From Sedimentisphaerales bacterium (GTDB lineage Bacteria > Planctomycetota > Phycisphaerae > Sedimentisphaerales > SM23-30), in the NCBI GenBank assembly GCA_963666285.1, contig OY762711.1: DNA of 64,000 nucleotides; one strand, written 5' to 3'. Positions within the stretch are counted from its first letter, which is position 1; each line of letters starts with the position of its first letter. The notes beneath the pieces were generated by a model. It did no database searches. It had not been told where the DNA came from and saw nothing but the letters and a program-made list of their open reading frames with translations. Positions 18,478 through 29,489 of the stretch are shown here, piece by piece. Position numbers and translations under genes: made by a program.

Positions 18478-19164
18478 CTATTTATGATTTGTAACTGATG
18501 CTTCCTGTTCAGTTGGCTGGTCTTTCCATTTATCCGGTTTGTGGATAATGCGTCCATCTGCCAATTCGACCACTTCAGGTAATTGACTGGAGGCTAGATG
18601 CTTTTCTGTCATCTTCATATAGAAATCTGCCTCCTGTTTGAGATATTTGGAACCACGGGCAATAGGTATAATAACCCCAATTGTCTTTTCCGGGAATGAT
18701 TCCTTAACCGCATGCATTGCCGGAATAAGGTCACTGTCACCGGTAATTATCATTGCGGTATCATATTTATCCTGAACAGCATTGCGGAACAGCTCGATTG
18801 CTATATTAACATCAGTCTGTTTTTCTTCCCAGGTCTCATAGACCTCATGACACATGCGGCAGTACCTGTTCTTCTTTTTATATACGCCCTGTACAATCTC
18901 AACATCATTGCCGCGGTTGGCATTGACCAGCTTTCTTTGACGGATAAGCTTATCGGTACTGTACGGTATATAAGCAGTGAAAAACTGAATGGAAGTTATT
19001 TCATCTTTCTTTTTTATATAACACTGGCAAAGCTTGCGATAATCAAGCCATTTGTACTTACGGTATTTTTTGACCCGTAAGGCATGGTACATATTAAAAC
19101 TGTCGATAAAAAACGCTATTCGTCGACCGGGCCGGCCGTCAACCTTACTCTCTTTTGACATCAT
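18478..19164 (-). CDS. NYN-domain (LabA/DUF88, PIN-like) nuclease
   Basis: FFIDSFNMYH, EEKQTDVNIA, IITGDSDLIP; CxxC insert. Confidence 0.9.
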   Translation of the reverse strand: MMSKESKVDGRPGRRIAFFIDSFNMYHALRVKKYRKYKWLDYRKLCQCYIKKKDEITSIQFFTAYIPYSTDKLIRQRKLVNANRGNDVEIVQGVYKKKNRYCRMCHEVYETWEEKQTDVNIAIELFRNAVQDKYDTAMIITGDSDLIPAMHAVKESFPEKTIGVIIPIARGSKYLKQEADFYMKMTEKHLASSQLPEVVELADGRIIHKPDKWKDQPTEQEASVTNHK

Positions 19165-19640
19165 GCGTTCCTTTTATTGCCGTAGTCGGAAATACAACTC
19201 GTTTACCTCGCAACGATAGCATGCAGAACCAGTTTTTATTACGTTACCAGCACGATAGCCAACCTGGTCCGGCAAATTCAAATGTATCGAGTACAGTAAC
19301 CTACTCACGGCGAGTCATGCGAACATGACTACTTGTTTATTTGTCCGGGCCTGCTCTCCGGTCAGCCCGGCAAAGTCTTTAGACATTTATAAACTTTATA
19401 CATGATATTATCCGATCGCCTTTAAAGTAAAAATAATGCCATTAACACTTATTCCCACGCTCGAACAAAATAATATCAATTATAAAGGTTATAAAATGCT
19501 TCCTCGCTATTATTATCGGTCCATAAATCCAGGACCCTTTAATCGTTATTTTAGTAACAGTAAATGAAATACTATACTATAGTACGGTTTCGCACTATTG
19601 ACTGTTCAACGTTATACGCAAAGGCCGGAAGAGGGCCAAT

Positions 19641-19776
19641 TAAGTGAAAAACGAATAGTGAAAAATGAAAAATTAAGGTGTTCGACTATCGTCTCACGTT
19701 TTGTTTAATATTAAAGCGTTGCAGAAAGGCCCTTTATAGGCGATTTTTACAACTTAAAAACTGCGAAAGTAAACCT
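19641..19776 (+). repeat. Dispersed intergenic repeat family A, copy
   Basis: AAATTAAGGTGTTCGACTATCGTCTCACGTTTTGTTTAA...CTTAAAAACTGCGAAAGT, matches 34565-34710. Confidence 0.82.
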
Positions 19777-19912
19777 AATATATAGTACATATTTATATTA
19801 TGAGGTTAAAAAGCTATTCAGACAAATAATTAACAGTCATTGTCGAAATATCTCTAAAAAATGTTGAAAAAGAGGTCACATTTAGAAAATGGTACTACCA
19901 CAGAGATTGGGA

Positions 19913-19998
19913 TAAAAAAAATCCCCAATCCACCGGGATCTGGGGGGCCAGGGTATATTGCATACCCATGGGGATGAATTTGATCGATTGTTTTTAGG
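19913..19998 (-). ncRNA. Candidate small structured RNA or attenuator
   Basis: Preceded by TTGAAA-N17-TACAAT (20033-20005); two hairpins ending in a U8 run. Confidence 0.4.
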
Positions 19999-20334
19999 TA
20001 ATTAATTGTAACACTGATAATCGTCATTTTCAAGTATTCTCTTAAAAAAAATGGCCTTTTTCACACTAAACAACCAATTTCTGAGTTGTAAATACCGGTA
20101 TTTATGAAAGTAACACTAACTGGTTTACTGCAAAATATTGGTCAATAATTATAAATTTTTTAGAGAACATATTATTTCAAATGGGCAATATATACAAAAA
20201 ATACCTAAAATATCGATAGTACTTACAAATTCTTATTGGCAAAGAACCAACTTACTACAATTTAAGTATAGATATTATTGGTTTGAAGCAGTAGATAATG
20301 TACAAAAAGAAAAGTTAATATCTGGAGATACCAA

Positions 20335-21729
20335 ATGAGAAAAATAGTATTGCTCGTAATTATATCAACATTTTCAACTTTTGTAATGGGCCAGCAAAAC
20401 TATAGCAGAAAAACCCCTGTTGTTGAAGCATTTGACCTGAATAAAGATGCAGTAGTCAATATTGCCAGTAAACAACATGTCCGGGTTCGAGATAGATTCT
20501 GGGGTGATTTCCCATTTGGTGAAAGAAAAGTAGAAATTCCATCTCTGGGCTCCGGTTTTATCATCGATCACCGTGGTTATATTATCACAAACGCCCATGT
20601 CGTTGAAGATGCCGATGACATTACTATCATAATGGCAGACAGGGTAAGCAAATACCAGGCTAGAAAAGTTGCAGTTGACCGTGTAGTCGATCTGGCAGTT
20701 CTAAAGATAGATGTCGATAAAGTATTGCCAACAGTAACTTTAGGAAGATCGTCCGACCTGATGATAGGTGAAACAATCCTGGCAATTGGTAACCCGTTCG
20801 GCTACAACCACACTCTAACAGACGGTATTGTCAGTGCTATCCATGAAGATTTGGTAATGGATGACGGCAGGACGGTAAATATGATCCAAATATCCGCCCC
20901 GATTAACCCCGGTAACAGCGGCGGCCCTTTGATAAACATAAATGGTGAATTAGTTGGTATTAATACGGCAATTCGAGAATCAGCTGAAGGAATCGGCTTT
21001 GCTATTCCAATAGATGTATTGCGAGATAAATTACCGGATATGATTAATGTTGAAAAGCTCCGCAGAATGGATTTTGGCTTACAAGTTCAAGATTATTGTC
21101 TGAACCATAAACCAGATGAACGAGCCAAAGTAAACGGCCTGGAAGTCTTGCAGGTAAGACCTGGTAGCTATGCCGCGAGTCTTGGCTTAAAAAAAGGTGA
21201 TGTCATCACCAGCATTAATAATAAACCAGCAGACTGTGCCGTAAGCTTTTATTTTGACATATTAGAATCGCAATATGGTGAAAGTCTCGATTTCCAGGTA
21301 AAACAGGCTAAATCAGACTCACTAAAGGATATTGCAATGACAATTCAGGAGCGCCCCAAACCAGATGCATCAGTTCTGGCTGAGGCATTATTCGGGCTGA
21401 GGGTTAAACCACTCACAGAAAAGATGGCCGGCCAATACGGCATATATGGCGAACTGGGACAGCCGGTGGTTGTTAGCGTGGAAAGAAACTCCCCTGCTGA
21501 TATCGCCGGAATTGAGCCAAAAGATATCATCATTGGTATTGATAATGACGGCATCCGAAGTATTGACGAACTGGCTAATAAGATAGAACTTATGCCTAAT
21601 GATGCTATGACGAAAGTAACAATTAACAGAACATCAAAGAGCGGCTGGAATACTATAATTAAGAGATATCAAACAACTCTTAAGACTAAGAGCAAAGAAG
21701 GTATTTCTGGTAAAAAATATGATTTATAA
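20335..21729 (+). CDS. HtrA/DegP-family serine protease, two PDZ domains
   Basis: TNAHV, DLAVL and GNSGG triad motifs; signal peptide. Confidence 0.93.
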   Translation: MRKIVLLVIISTFSTFVMGQQNYSRKTPVVEAFDLNKDAVVNIASKQHVRVRDRFWGDFPFGERKVEIPSLGSGFIIDHRGYIITNAHVVEDADDITIIMADRVSKYQARKVAVDRVVDLAVLKIDVDKVLPTVTLGRSSDLMIGETILAIGNPFGYNHTLTDGIVSAIHEDLVMDDGRTVNMIQISAPINPGNSGGPLININGELVGINTAIRESAEGIGFAIPIDVLRDKLPDMINVEKLRRMDFGLQVQDYCLNHKPDERAKVNGLEVLQVRPGSYAASLGLKKGDVITSINNKPADCAVSFYFDILESQYGESLDFQVKQAKSDSLKDIAMTIQERPKPDASVLAEALFGLRVKPLTEKMAGQYGIYGELGQPVVVSVERNSPADIAGIEPKDIIIGIDNDGIRSIDELANKIELMPNDAMTKVTINRTSKSGWNTIIKRYQTTLKTKSKEGISGKKYDL

Positions 21730-21751
21730 TAATATTGGATATTTTTAATAA

Positions 21752-22273
21752 ATGAAAACACTATTAGAAAAAATGCAGTTTAAATACTGCCCGAAATGTT
21801 CCAGCGGAAATCTGTCAGTTCGCCACGGAAAAGCGGTATATTGTGCAGATTGTGATTATTTATACTTTCACAATAACGCCGCAGCAGTATCAGTCATAAT
21901 TGAACACGCCGGCAAAATAATATTAGTAAAACGAGGGCGTGAACCTAAAAAAGGAATGCTTGACCTACCGGGAGGCTTTGTCGACCCAGGTGAATCATTT
22001 GAACAATGCGCTCATCGCGAGATCAGTGAAGAACTTGGTATAAACATAGAAAATCTTAAATACTATGATTCTGCGGCAAACAGCTATATTTACCGCGGAG
22101 TGGAATATACAACAACTGATTGTGTAATGACATGCTCTACACCTAATTTTGACCAAATTGCACCAAATGATGATGTGAGTGATTATGTTTTATTAGCTAA
22201 AAATGAAATCAATATTGACGATATTGCCTTTGTATCTACTAAAGAAATACTGAAAAAATACATATTGGAATAA
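21752..22273 (+). CDS. NUDIX hydrolase with N-terminal zinc ribbon
   Basis: CPKC...CADC; Nudix box GGFVDPGESFEQCAHREISEELG. Confidence 0.92.
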   Translation: MKTLLEKMQFKYCPKCSSGNLSVRHGKAVYCADCDYLYFHNNAAAVSVIIEHAGKIILVKRGREPKKGMLDLPGGFVDPGESFEQCAHREISEELGINIENLKYYDSAANSYIYRGVEYTTTDCVMTCSTPNFDQIAPNDDVSDYVLLAKNEINIDDIAFVSTKEILKKYILE

Positions 22274-22309
22274 TCTTTCACCCCTTGAATATTATTCAGT
22301 TCAACAATT

Positions 22310-24244
22310 TTACGGATTGACAATAGCTTCCAGCTCTTCCCATCGTGCATATGCTTCAGCAAGCTGAGTATCAAGCTGAGTTACTTTATCCGAAGCCTGG
22401 GTAATAAGGGCATGATCCTGTTTGTAAAATTCCGGATCAGCCATCCGGTCATGAATAGATTGAATTTCTTCTTCCAGTTTTTCGATTTTGGCCGGAAGTT
22501 CCTGAAGCTCTTTATTTTCTTTGAAAGTAAGTTTTCTTGGCTGAGCCCCTTTTATTTGCTCTTTGCGAGCCAGCCGATCAGCTTTTTTCTGTTCTTTCTC
22601 GGCCTTTTTATCCAGATCAACAGCAATTTTCTTTTCTGCAGCGTCAGACTGAATTAACCAGTCATCATACCCACCGCCATATTCCTTTACCAGACCATTA
22701 CCTTCGATGGCAATCGTACTGGTGACAACATTATTCAGGAAATCCCGGTCATGGCTAACCATAAGAACCGTTCCATCATAATCAATTAAGAGCTCTTCAA
22801 GTAATTCAAGAGTTTCCAGGTCAAGATCATTAGTTGGCTCATCGAGTACAAGCACATTTGAAGGTTTAGCAAACAACTTGGCGAGCAGAAGTCGATTTCG
22901 TTCTCCACCGGATAAATTTGCAACAGCATTACGAGCCTGTTTAGGAGTAAACAGGAAATCCTGCAAATAACCAAGCACATGCCGGGGCTTATTATTTATG
23001 ACCATCGTATCCCCGGTAGGAGATAAGTTATATTGGACAGTCTGCTCCAAATCAAGAGTAGAATGCAGCTGGTCAAAATAGGCGACTTCCAGATTTGTGC
23101 CATGACGCACGTGTCCCGGAGAGGGTTTGAGCTCTTTCAACATAAGTTTGATTAGAGTGGACTTACCGGAACCGTTAGGTCCAATAATACCAATCCTGTC
23201 ACCCCTGAGAATAAGAGTGGAAAATTCCCTAACAATAGGGTCAACCTTATCGGTATTATAGCTAAAAGTGATATCTTTTACTTCGATAACTTTTCTGCCT
23301 GACGCAGGGCCAGACTGAAGATCAATTTTTGCCTTGCCGGTAACTTCCTTACGCTGCTTTCTTTCGTCCCGCATATCCAAAAGCCTTCGAACGCGGCCTT
23401 CGTTGCGTTTTCGTCTCTCTTTGACCCCCTGCCTTATCCACACTTCCTCTTCGGCCAGTTTCTTATCAAATAGTTCGTTTCTTCGTGCCTCTTCAGTAAG
23501 CAGGTTTTCTTTTCGCTCGAGATATTTTTCGTAATCACAATCAAAGCTGAGCACCCTGGTACGATCAATATCGATAATGCGGGTGGCCATATTCTTTAGA
23601 AAAGCGCGATCATGAGTGACAAAAACAAGGGTACCATCAAATTTGAGCAGGAAATTCTCAAGCCATAAAATCGCTTCGATATCAAGATGGTTGGTAGGCT
23701 CGTCCAGAAGTAAAATATCCGGTTCAGAGACAATGCCGCGAGCGAGCAAAACCCGTCGTTTCATTCCGGCAGAAAGAGAAGCAAAATTAGCATCCGGGTC
23801 AAGAGCCATCCTGGTTATAATTGCTTCAGCCTGCTGATTAGCCTGCCAGGCTTCAGCGGCATCCATTTCAGCCTGCAGCTTATCCAGTCTTTCGGCATAT
23901 TCCATATCACCGGTTTCAGCGAGCAAATGAGAAGCATGGTGATAATCGGCAATAAGAGAACTTACATTACCCAGGCCTCCGGCAACAACAGAAAAGACGT
24001 CATCATTGCTGCCCGTTGGCACCTGCTGCTCAAGATAAGCAGTCTTAAGCCCCTGCCTCCTGCTAACTTCACCAGAATCCGGATTAAGTTCGCCTGTAAT
24101 AAGCTTCATCAAAGTAGATTTGCCGGCACCATTTCTACCTAGCAGGCAGATTCTCTCACCAGGCTGAACAGAAAGTTCAACGTTTTCAAGAACAGGCGGT
24201 CCGCCATATGACAGGGTAACATTTTTAAGATTTATCAAAGCCAT
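22310..24244 (-). CDS. uup: ABC-F ATPase, Uup subfamily
   Basis: Two ABC domains (GRNGAGKST, GPNGSGKST, LDEPTN), linker EEVWIRQG..RRKRNEGRVR, C-terminal coiled coil ending RWEELE. Confidence 0.92.
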   Translation of the reverse strand: MALINLKNVTLSYGGPPVLENVELSVQPGERICLLGRNGAGKSTLMKLITGELNPDSGEVSRRQGLKTAYLEQQVPTGSNDDVFSVVAGGLGNVSSLIADYHHASHLLAETGDMEYAERLDKLQAEMDAAEAWQANQQAEAIITRMALDPDANFASLSAGMKRRVLLARGIVSEPDILLLDEPTNHLDIEAILWLENFLLKFDGTLVFVTHDRAFLKNMATRIIDIDRTRVLSFDCDYEKYLERKENLLTEEARRNELFDKKLAEEEVWIRQGVKERRKRNEGRVRRLLDMRDERKQRKEVTGKAKIDLQSGPASGRKVIEVKDITFSYNTDKVDPIVREFSTLILRGDRIGIIGPNGSGKSTLIKLMLKELKPSPGHVRHGTNLEVAYFDQLHSTLDLEQTVQYNLSPTGDTMVINNKPRHVLGYLQDFLFTPKQARNAVANLSGGERNRLLLAKLFAKPSNVLVLDEPTNDLDLETLELLEELLIDYDGTVLMVSHDRDFLNNVVTSTIAIEGNGLVKEYGGGYDDWLIQSDAAEKKIAVDLDKKAEKEQKKADRLARKEQIKGAQPRKLTFKENKELQELPAKIEKLEEEIQSIHDRMADPEFYKQDHALITQASDKVTQLDTQLAEAYARWEELEAIVNP

Positions 24245-24255
24245 AAAATTACAAT

Positions 24256-24915
24256 TTATCCCTTAAGACCTTTAATAGCCTCTACCGGGTCAGAACTGCC
24301 AAAAACAGCGTTACCGGCAACAATTGTATCAGCCCCGGCAGCAATAATCTGCGGAGCGGTTGTCCCAGGGTAAATACCGCCATCAACTTCTAATCGCTGG
24401 TCCGATCTAAGCATAGCTTTTAATTCCCTGCAACGATCCAGGCTTTCGGGTATAAATGACTGGCCGCCAAAGCCAGGCTCCACCGTCATAAGAAGTACCA
24501 TATCAACATCCGCAATAACAGGTTTGAGCGAAGCAACCGGGGTACCGGGTTTAATAGAAATACCAACAGCAGCTCCAAGCCCTCGAATATGCTGAATGAC
24601 CTTGGCAGAATCATCAACAGCTTCGAGGTGGAAAGTTATTCCATCAGCACCAGCTTTAACATACTCAGTGGAGTACTTAACCGGGTCTGAAATCATCAGG
24701 TGGACATCGAAGAATAAATCACTATGAGGTCGAATCGCTTTTACAACTAAAGGACCGATAGTAATATTTGGGACAAAGTGGCCGTCCATAACGTCTACAT
24801 GCAGCATTTTAACTTCAGGTTCAACCCTGGCAATATCGGCAGCAAGTGAACTGAAATCTGCGCTGAGAATAGATGGAGCTATTTCTATGGTTCCTGTCGG
24901 CGGTAGTTTTTTCAT
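24256..24915 (-). CDS. rpe: Ribulose-phosphate 3-epimerase
   Basis: IAPSILSADF, HVDVMDGHFVPN, MTVEPGFGGQ, EVDGG. Confidence 0.97.
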   Translation of the reverse strand: MKKLPPTGTIEIAPSILSADFSSLAADIARVEPEVKMLHVDVMDGHFVPNITIGPLVVKAIRPHSDLFFDVHLMISDPVKYSTEYVKAGADGITFHLEAVDDSAKVIQHIRGLGAAVGISIKPGTPVASLKPVIADVDMVLLMTVEPGFGGQSFIPESLDRCRELKAMLRSDQRLEVDGGIYPGTTAPQIIAAGADTIVAGNAVFGSSDPVEAIKGLKG

Positions 24916-24961
24916 TATGCTTTTCCCTTAAAACTTATAATTACGTTATTCACAAATTATA

Positions 24962-25627
24962 TCAGGAACTGTAATCATATAATTTTTTCTTATATTTTTT
25001 CCTGAGCTCATTCTGCATATCACATATTTCAGAATAGACTCTCTGCAATAATTCATTTTTATCCATAGATTTCACCTCATCAGCAGAAATAACTTTGCCA
25101 TATTGAATCCTAACAGAAGCCGGACGCGGCAACTTATTGTGCCTTGGCCAGGCTTCGAATGTGCCATCAATTACAGCAGGTACAATGGAAGCTTTTGCCT
25201 TTCGGGCAATAAGGACAAAACCATTTTTAAACTCTTTAACCTTCCCAGAATCACTTCTTGTTCCCTCAGGAAACATCATAACAGCCCGCTGCTGCTTGAG
25301 CCTGTCAACAATATCCCGAATAGCAGATAAATCAGCTGAATCACGCTTTACAGGAAAAGCATTTAGTTCACTGATTATACTGCCAAAACGCCCCTTAAAA
25401 AGTGAATCACGAGCCATAAAGCTCAATTCACGATCCATTCCAATAGCACATACAATCGGGTCAAGATAACTCTGGTGGTTACAAGCTATAAGAACCGGCC
25501 CCTCAACAGGTATATTTTCTTTGCCAAACGACCGAAATCGAAAAAGAATCGAAAAAATCAGGTGAAATGTACCCCTGACTCTGCGATAAAACGGCTTGAT
25601 TTTAGGATATTGCTTATTTGCTGTCAT
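24962..25627 (-). CDS. plsC: 1-acyl-sn-glycerol-3-phosphate acyltransferase
   Basis: NHQSYLD and FPEGTRS motifs. Confidence 0.9.
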   Translation of the reverse strand: MTANKQYPKIKPFYRRVRGTFHLIFSILFRFRSFGKENIPVEGPVLIACNHQSYLDPIVCAIGMDRELSFMARDSLFKGRFGSIISELNAFPVKRDSADLSAIRDIVDRLKQQRAVMMFPEGTRSDSGKVKEFKNGFVLIARKAKASIVPAVIDGTFEAWPRHNKLPRPASVRIQYGKVISADEVKSMDKNELLQRVYSEICDMQNELRKKYKKKLYDYSS

Positions 25628-25738
25628 TTTCAATCATTTCCTTTATAAGGGGGTGAATTATACAGGAAAATGACAATATTTTCAAGAACAAGAATTTGAG
25701 CAGAATTGGATCTCAACAAAGGAAAAATACCAGGAAAA

Positions 25739-27745
25739 TTATCTTAGAGGGGTGACAGATAACTGGTCGTCAGAGATTCGCAAAGAAACATGAGATAAGC
25801 GGTCAGTAATACATTCTTTTACATCACCGATTGAAAAACAAACCATAGGAACAATGTGATTTTCAATATTTATTCTTACTGACTGCATGTCCGATGCAAA
25901 AGCCTTTTGCTGAGCAATCATACATTGTTCTTCATATTGAGCAGCCTTTGAAAGAATTTCTTTAACACGGACAAGCTTGGAAGATATTTCATCCTTACGA
26001 TATTCAGGCATCGCTTTCAGCTTTTCGGCAATATCCGGATCCGCCAAATTCAGCCCAATTGTTTTCTGTATTTTTGCCGCTTCAGTATTGAAAGCAGAAA
26101 TGGCTGTTTTACACAACTTAAGTTTCTCATAAATCTGCGTATCTACCCCGCACATAATATTAGTTGGTTCAGATACACTTCCAACAGAATGGAGATAGAT
26201 ACTTCCCAAGACACTGAGGTTGCCTCCTATTATCGCCCCTCTTTCTTTTCCTGAAACTCCTCGCCCTTCAACATATAAGCTTCCGCGACAAGTTATTTCC
26301 GATTCCATTATATAACGCACAACAGAAAGATTTCCCAAAACCCTGAGCGTAGCAGCCTGAACATATCCTATTTCGGCATCCCCAGATACCAGGATTTCAC
26401 TTTTATGGCCGAATACTCCTTTATAAACTATCAAGTCACGGCACCTGACCTTTGCACCAGCTTCAATACTACCTTCCACAATAAGTGTCTTTTCACATTC
26501 AACCGAATAGCCACTAAGGATGTTACCTTTAATAATAACTGATTCCGGCCCTTTTTCGATTTTCCCGGTTTCCGGACCGACATTGCCGGATATAATAATT
26601 GAATCAGAAACACTTATTTTGTTATCACCGTAAATAAGACATCCATTATCAGTTGCAATCAAAACCTGCTTTTCGCCTAAATCCTGAGAAAATATTCTCT
26701 CCCCAACTTGAACATGAAGCAGCTCAGAATTTCCAGGCTCAATTACCTGCCCTGTCACATCTTTGCCGGGAACCCCAGGTGAAGCCTTAAATACTTCTGC
26801 GATTCCCTGATCCTGCTTCACCATACAGTAAGAAGTAAAATCAGCATAGTTTACCCGATCTTCGCTGTCATCTTCAGGTTTATTATCCAGCTGGACAAAT
26901 AAATTCACCCTACAGGGAGAAGCTTCAATTGCCGGGCGACCTTTGGCAACAGTAAGAAACACAGGGTTACGACCTGAAACCGAGTAGAAATAACTGACTT
27001 TGTCTTTCAGGTCTGTTAATTCCAGACACCTCTGCTCTGCAATAGTCTCCCTGGTAAATTGTTCAGTAACAGCATCAACAATTGTCCCGATATCCTGGTC
27101 TTCATTAGCAGGTAACAGGTTAAGAACAACTTTCATTTTATCTTCTGCAATTTTCAACGGCGGAATTATATGCAACTGATCCTTGGGACAAACAGCAACA
27201 TAGCCCGTCTTTTCAGCAATAAACTTATATCCATCTTTCGTTTTATCAAACTTTGTATTGGCACCAGCCTTCAAATCAAAAGGAACCGGTTTCATACTGA
27301 TTTTGCGATTATATATATCATTCGAATCGGCAAGATCGACAGATAATATATCACTCCCCTCGGTAACAAAAGCTGCTGTAATACCGGTTACTGACACAGC
27401 TCCAGCATCATTTAAAGCCCAGTAAGTATTTCTTGCATTGTTAATAAAATCAACCAGCTGCTGTGAAGTCGGCTTATCATTGAAACTCAACTTAATATCA
27501 TGAGACAACCTGGCACTGGCAACAACAACACCCTGCACCGGATGACCTGATTCCAAAGCCTGACTTAAAGCAGTAGCTATAGCATCAGTATGCACGTGCC
27601 TGACAACATTATGTTCCGCCAAAAAAGCTAAATAATAATCAAGCGACAACTCAATACCATAAGTATCAAATGCCGGAAAGTAATCGATTACGGCTTCAGA
27701 ACCGTCAGGATTGCATTTAATTTTAATATCTGCAAGAGATGTCAT
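25739..27745 (-). CDS. FapA/DUF342-family protein
   Basis: PGVPGKDVTG, ISGNVGPETGKI, beta-helix repeats, IIGG, coiled-coil tail. Confidence 0.8.
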   Translation of the reverse strand: MTSLADIKIKCNPDGSEAVIDYFPAFDTYGIELSLDYYLAFLAEHNVVRHVHTDAIATALSQALESGHPVQGVVVASARLSHDIKLSFNDKPTSQQLVDFINNARNTYWALNDAGAVSVTGITAAFVTEGSDILSVDLADSNDIYNRKISMKPVPFDLKAGANTKFDKTKDGYKFIAEKTGYVAVCPKDQLHIIPPLKIAEDKMKVVLNLLPANEDQDIGTIVDAVTEQFTRETIAEQRCLELTDLKDKVSYFYSVSGRNPVFLTVAKGRPAIEASPCRVNLFVQLDNKPEDDSEDRVNYADFTSYCMVKQDQGIAEVFKASPGVPGKDVTGQVIEPGNSELLHVQVGERIFSQDLGEKQVLIATDNGCLIYGDNKISVSDSIIISGNVGPETGKIEKGPESVIIKGNILSGYSVECEKTLIVEGSIEAGAKVRCRDLIVYKGVFGHKSEILVSGDAEIGYVQAATLRVLGNLSVVRYIMESEITCRGSLYVEGRGVSGKERGAIIGGNLSVLGSIYLHSVGSVSEPTNIMCGVDTQIYEKLKLCKTAISAFNTEAAKIQKTIGLNLADPDIAEKLKAMPEYRKDEISSKLVRVKEILSKAAQYEEQCMIAQQKAFASDMQSVRINIENHIVPMVCFSIGDVKECITDRLSHVSLRISDDQLSVTPLR

Positions 27746-28659
27746 TCCAAACCTTTAATCAATTTGTCGATATTATTAAGCATTTGCGGAGTCTGGATTT
27801 TCATTGTATGGTGCGTTAAAGCAATTGTTATCAATGCCAGATACGACTCATATTCGCTGCTTACATCATCATAAGAGACACCATAATTTTTTATTACAAT
27901 TCCACCGTATACAATACCGTCATTTATTACAGGTGCAATAATTAACTGATCATCAACATACACTTCTGTCCTCTTCAAAGCTTCCCTGACCTGAATCATA
28001 ACACCATTATCAGATATCATCTCATGATGATCTTTGAAATATCCTACATTGTCAATATTGGAAAAGACACTCACACTTTCGGCATTAAACAGATCAGAAA
28101 AATATGGAATAATTGCCTTGCAGAACAAATCAAGATCAGAGCCATTAAGCAACATTCTCATCATTACAAGTTCACTTTGAATATGAGCAGTACGCTTACC
28201 AACCTGTTCTTCGAGTGTCTCTGCCCATTGAACGAGTTCTTTGTTTTTTATTTCTAACTCTTGCGTCAGTTTTCGTTTTTCTGACTGAGAGTTATAATAA
28301 TCAATTGCATTTCCAATGGTAATCCTGATATCTTCAGGCTGCCATGGTTTGATCATATATCTCCAGATATGACCCCTGTTAACAGCATCAATGACCATTT
28401 CAATATCTGTATAAGCAGACAATACCATCTTAATTGAATAAGGTGATATCGCATTTGCCCTGCAAATCAATTCGATGCCATCCATCCCCGGCATATTCAC
28501 ATCAGTAATTATCAAACACACATGATGCTCCTGGAGAAGCTCAAGTGCCTGAGAAGCATTTTCAGCAGTAACTACTTCATAAGGAGCATTTCTCAAACAT
28601 CTCTTAAGTGAGTTCAATACCCCGATTTCATCATCAACAATTAGTATTTTCCGTTTCAT
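27742..28659 (-). CDS. Response regulator (receiver, coiled coil, GAF-like tail)
   Basis: ILIVDDE, IITDVNMPGMDG, YMIKPW. Confidence 0.9.
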   Translation of the reverse strand: MKRKILIVDDEIGVLNSLKRCLRNAPYEVVTAENASQALELLQEHHVCLIITDVNMPGMDGIELICRANAISPYSIKMVLSAYTDIEMVIDAVNRGHIWRYMIKPWQPEDIRITIGNAIDYYNSQSEKRKLTQELEIKNKELVQWAETLEEQVGKRTAHIQSELVMMRMLLNGSDLDLFCKAIIPYFSDLFNAESVSVFSNIDNVGYFKDHHEMISDNGVMIQVREALKRTEVYVDDQLIIAPVINDGIVYGGIVIKNYGVSYDDVSSEYESYLALITIALTHHTMKIQTPQMLNNIDKLIKGLE

Positions 28660-28668
28660 TTTTTCCTC

Positions 28669-29481
28669 TTAAACATCGGTTTTAGAGATTATTATTAATA
28701 AACCCTCTATTTTGGTATTAAATAAAGGTATAAATTCAAAGACATAATTAATACCAGATAAATCAAATTCGCGACATATCCTGAGTTTCAGATCAATGGC
28801 CTTTTTAGCTACATCCCAAATTCCATAATCGATAAGAGTATTGAGAGGAATATTAGGATAAAATGCGGCGAATTCCGGTATTGAAGTACGTGCATGTTCG
28901 TTACATAACAAAATTTCTCCCACACAATTAATACCGACAATAGAAACAGGCAGATATTCCAGAACCTGCTGAGAAAATTGCAGGACAGTATCAATTTTAT
29001 CGATAGCGATTTCAAGTTCATTTTTTTGCTGTTTCAATTTAATATTCTGGCTATGAACAGAACCTGCCAGTGAATGATTCTCACATAAGACATCATAATG
29101 TTTCAGGCACTGATCAACCGCAATCAACAGATCTTCATTTTCCCAAGGCTTAGGTATAAAACGATAGACTTCACCTTCATTGATTGCATCGACAACAGCT
29201 GCGATACTGGTATACCCCGACATAACCGCACGAACTATATCAGGATAAAGATGCTTAATCTTTTTTAATAACTCCGTACCGCTCATATCCGGCATTCTCT
29301 GGTCTGAAATAACCACATGCACTTTATCACTCTTAAGTATTTCAATCGCTTCAGCCGCACTATCAGCTAAAAGTACAAAGTAATTTTCTTTCCTGAGAGT
29401 CCTTTTTACCAGATTCAAAATAGACTTTTCATCATCAACAAAAAGTACTTTTCTTTTTTCACTTGATCCTGTATTCATCAT
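28669..29481 (-). CDS. Response regulator (receiver plus PAS-like domain)
   Basis: LFVDDE, VISDQRMPDMSG, FIPKPW. Confidence 0.9.
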   Translation of the reverse strand: MMNTGSSEKRKVLFVDDEKSILNLVKRTLRKENYFVLLADSAAEAIEILKSDKVHVVISDQRMPDMSGTELLKKIKHLYPDIVRAVMSGYTSIAAVVDAINEGEVYRFIPKPWENEDLLIAVDQCLKHYDVLCENHSLAGSVHSQNIKLKQQKNELEIAIDKIDTVLQFSQQVLEYLPVSIVGINCVGEILLCNEHARTSIPEFAAFYPNIPLNTLIDYGIWDVAKKAIDLKLRICREFDLSGINYVFEFIPLFNTKIEGLLIIISKTDV

Positions 29482-29489
29482 GTTAGTGA

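Noticed and set aside
19175..19309. 44-codon minus-strand ORF with CxxC just upstream of NYN, as a protein antitoxin
   Set aside because: GTG start without an RBS and no recognisable family; cannot be supported.
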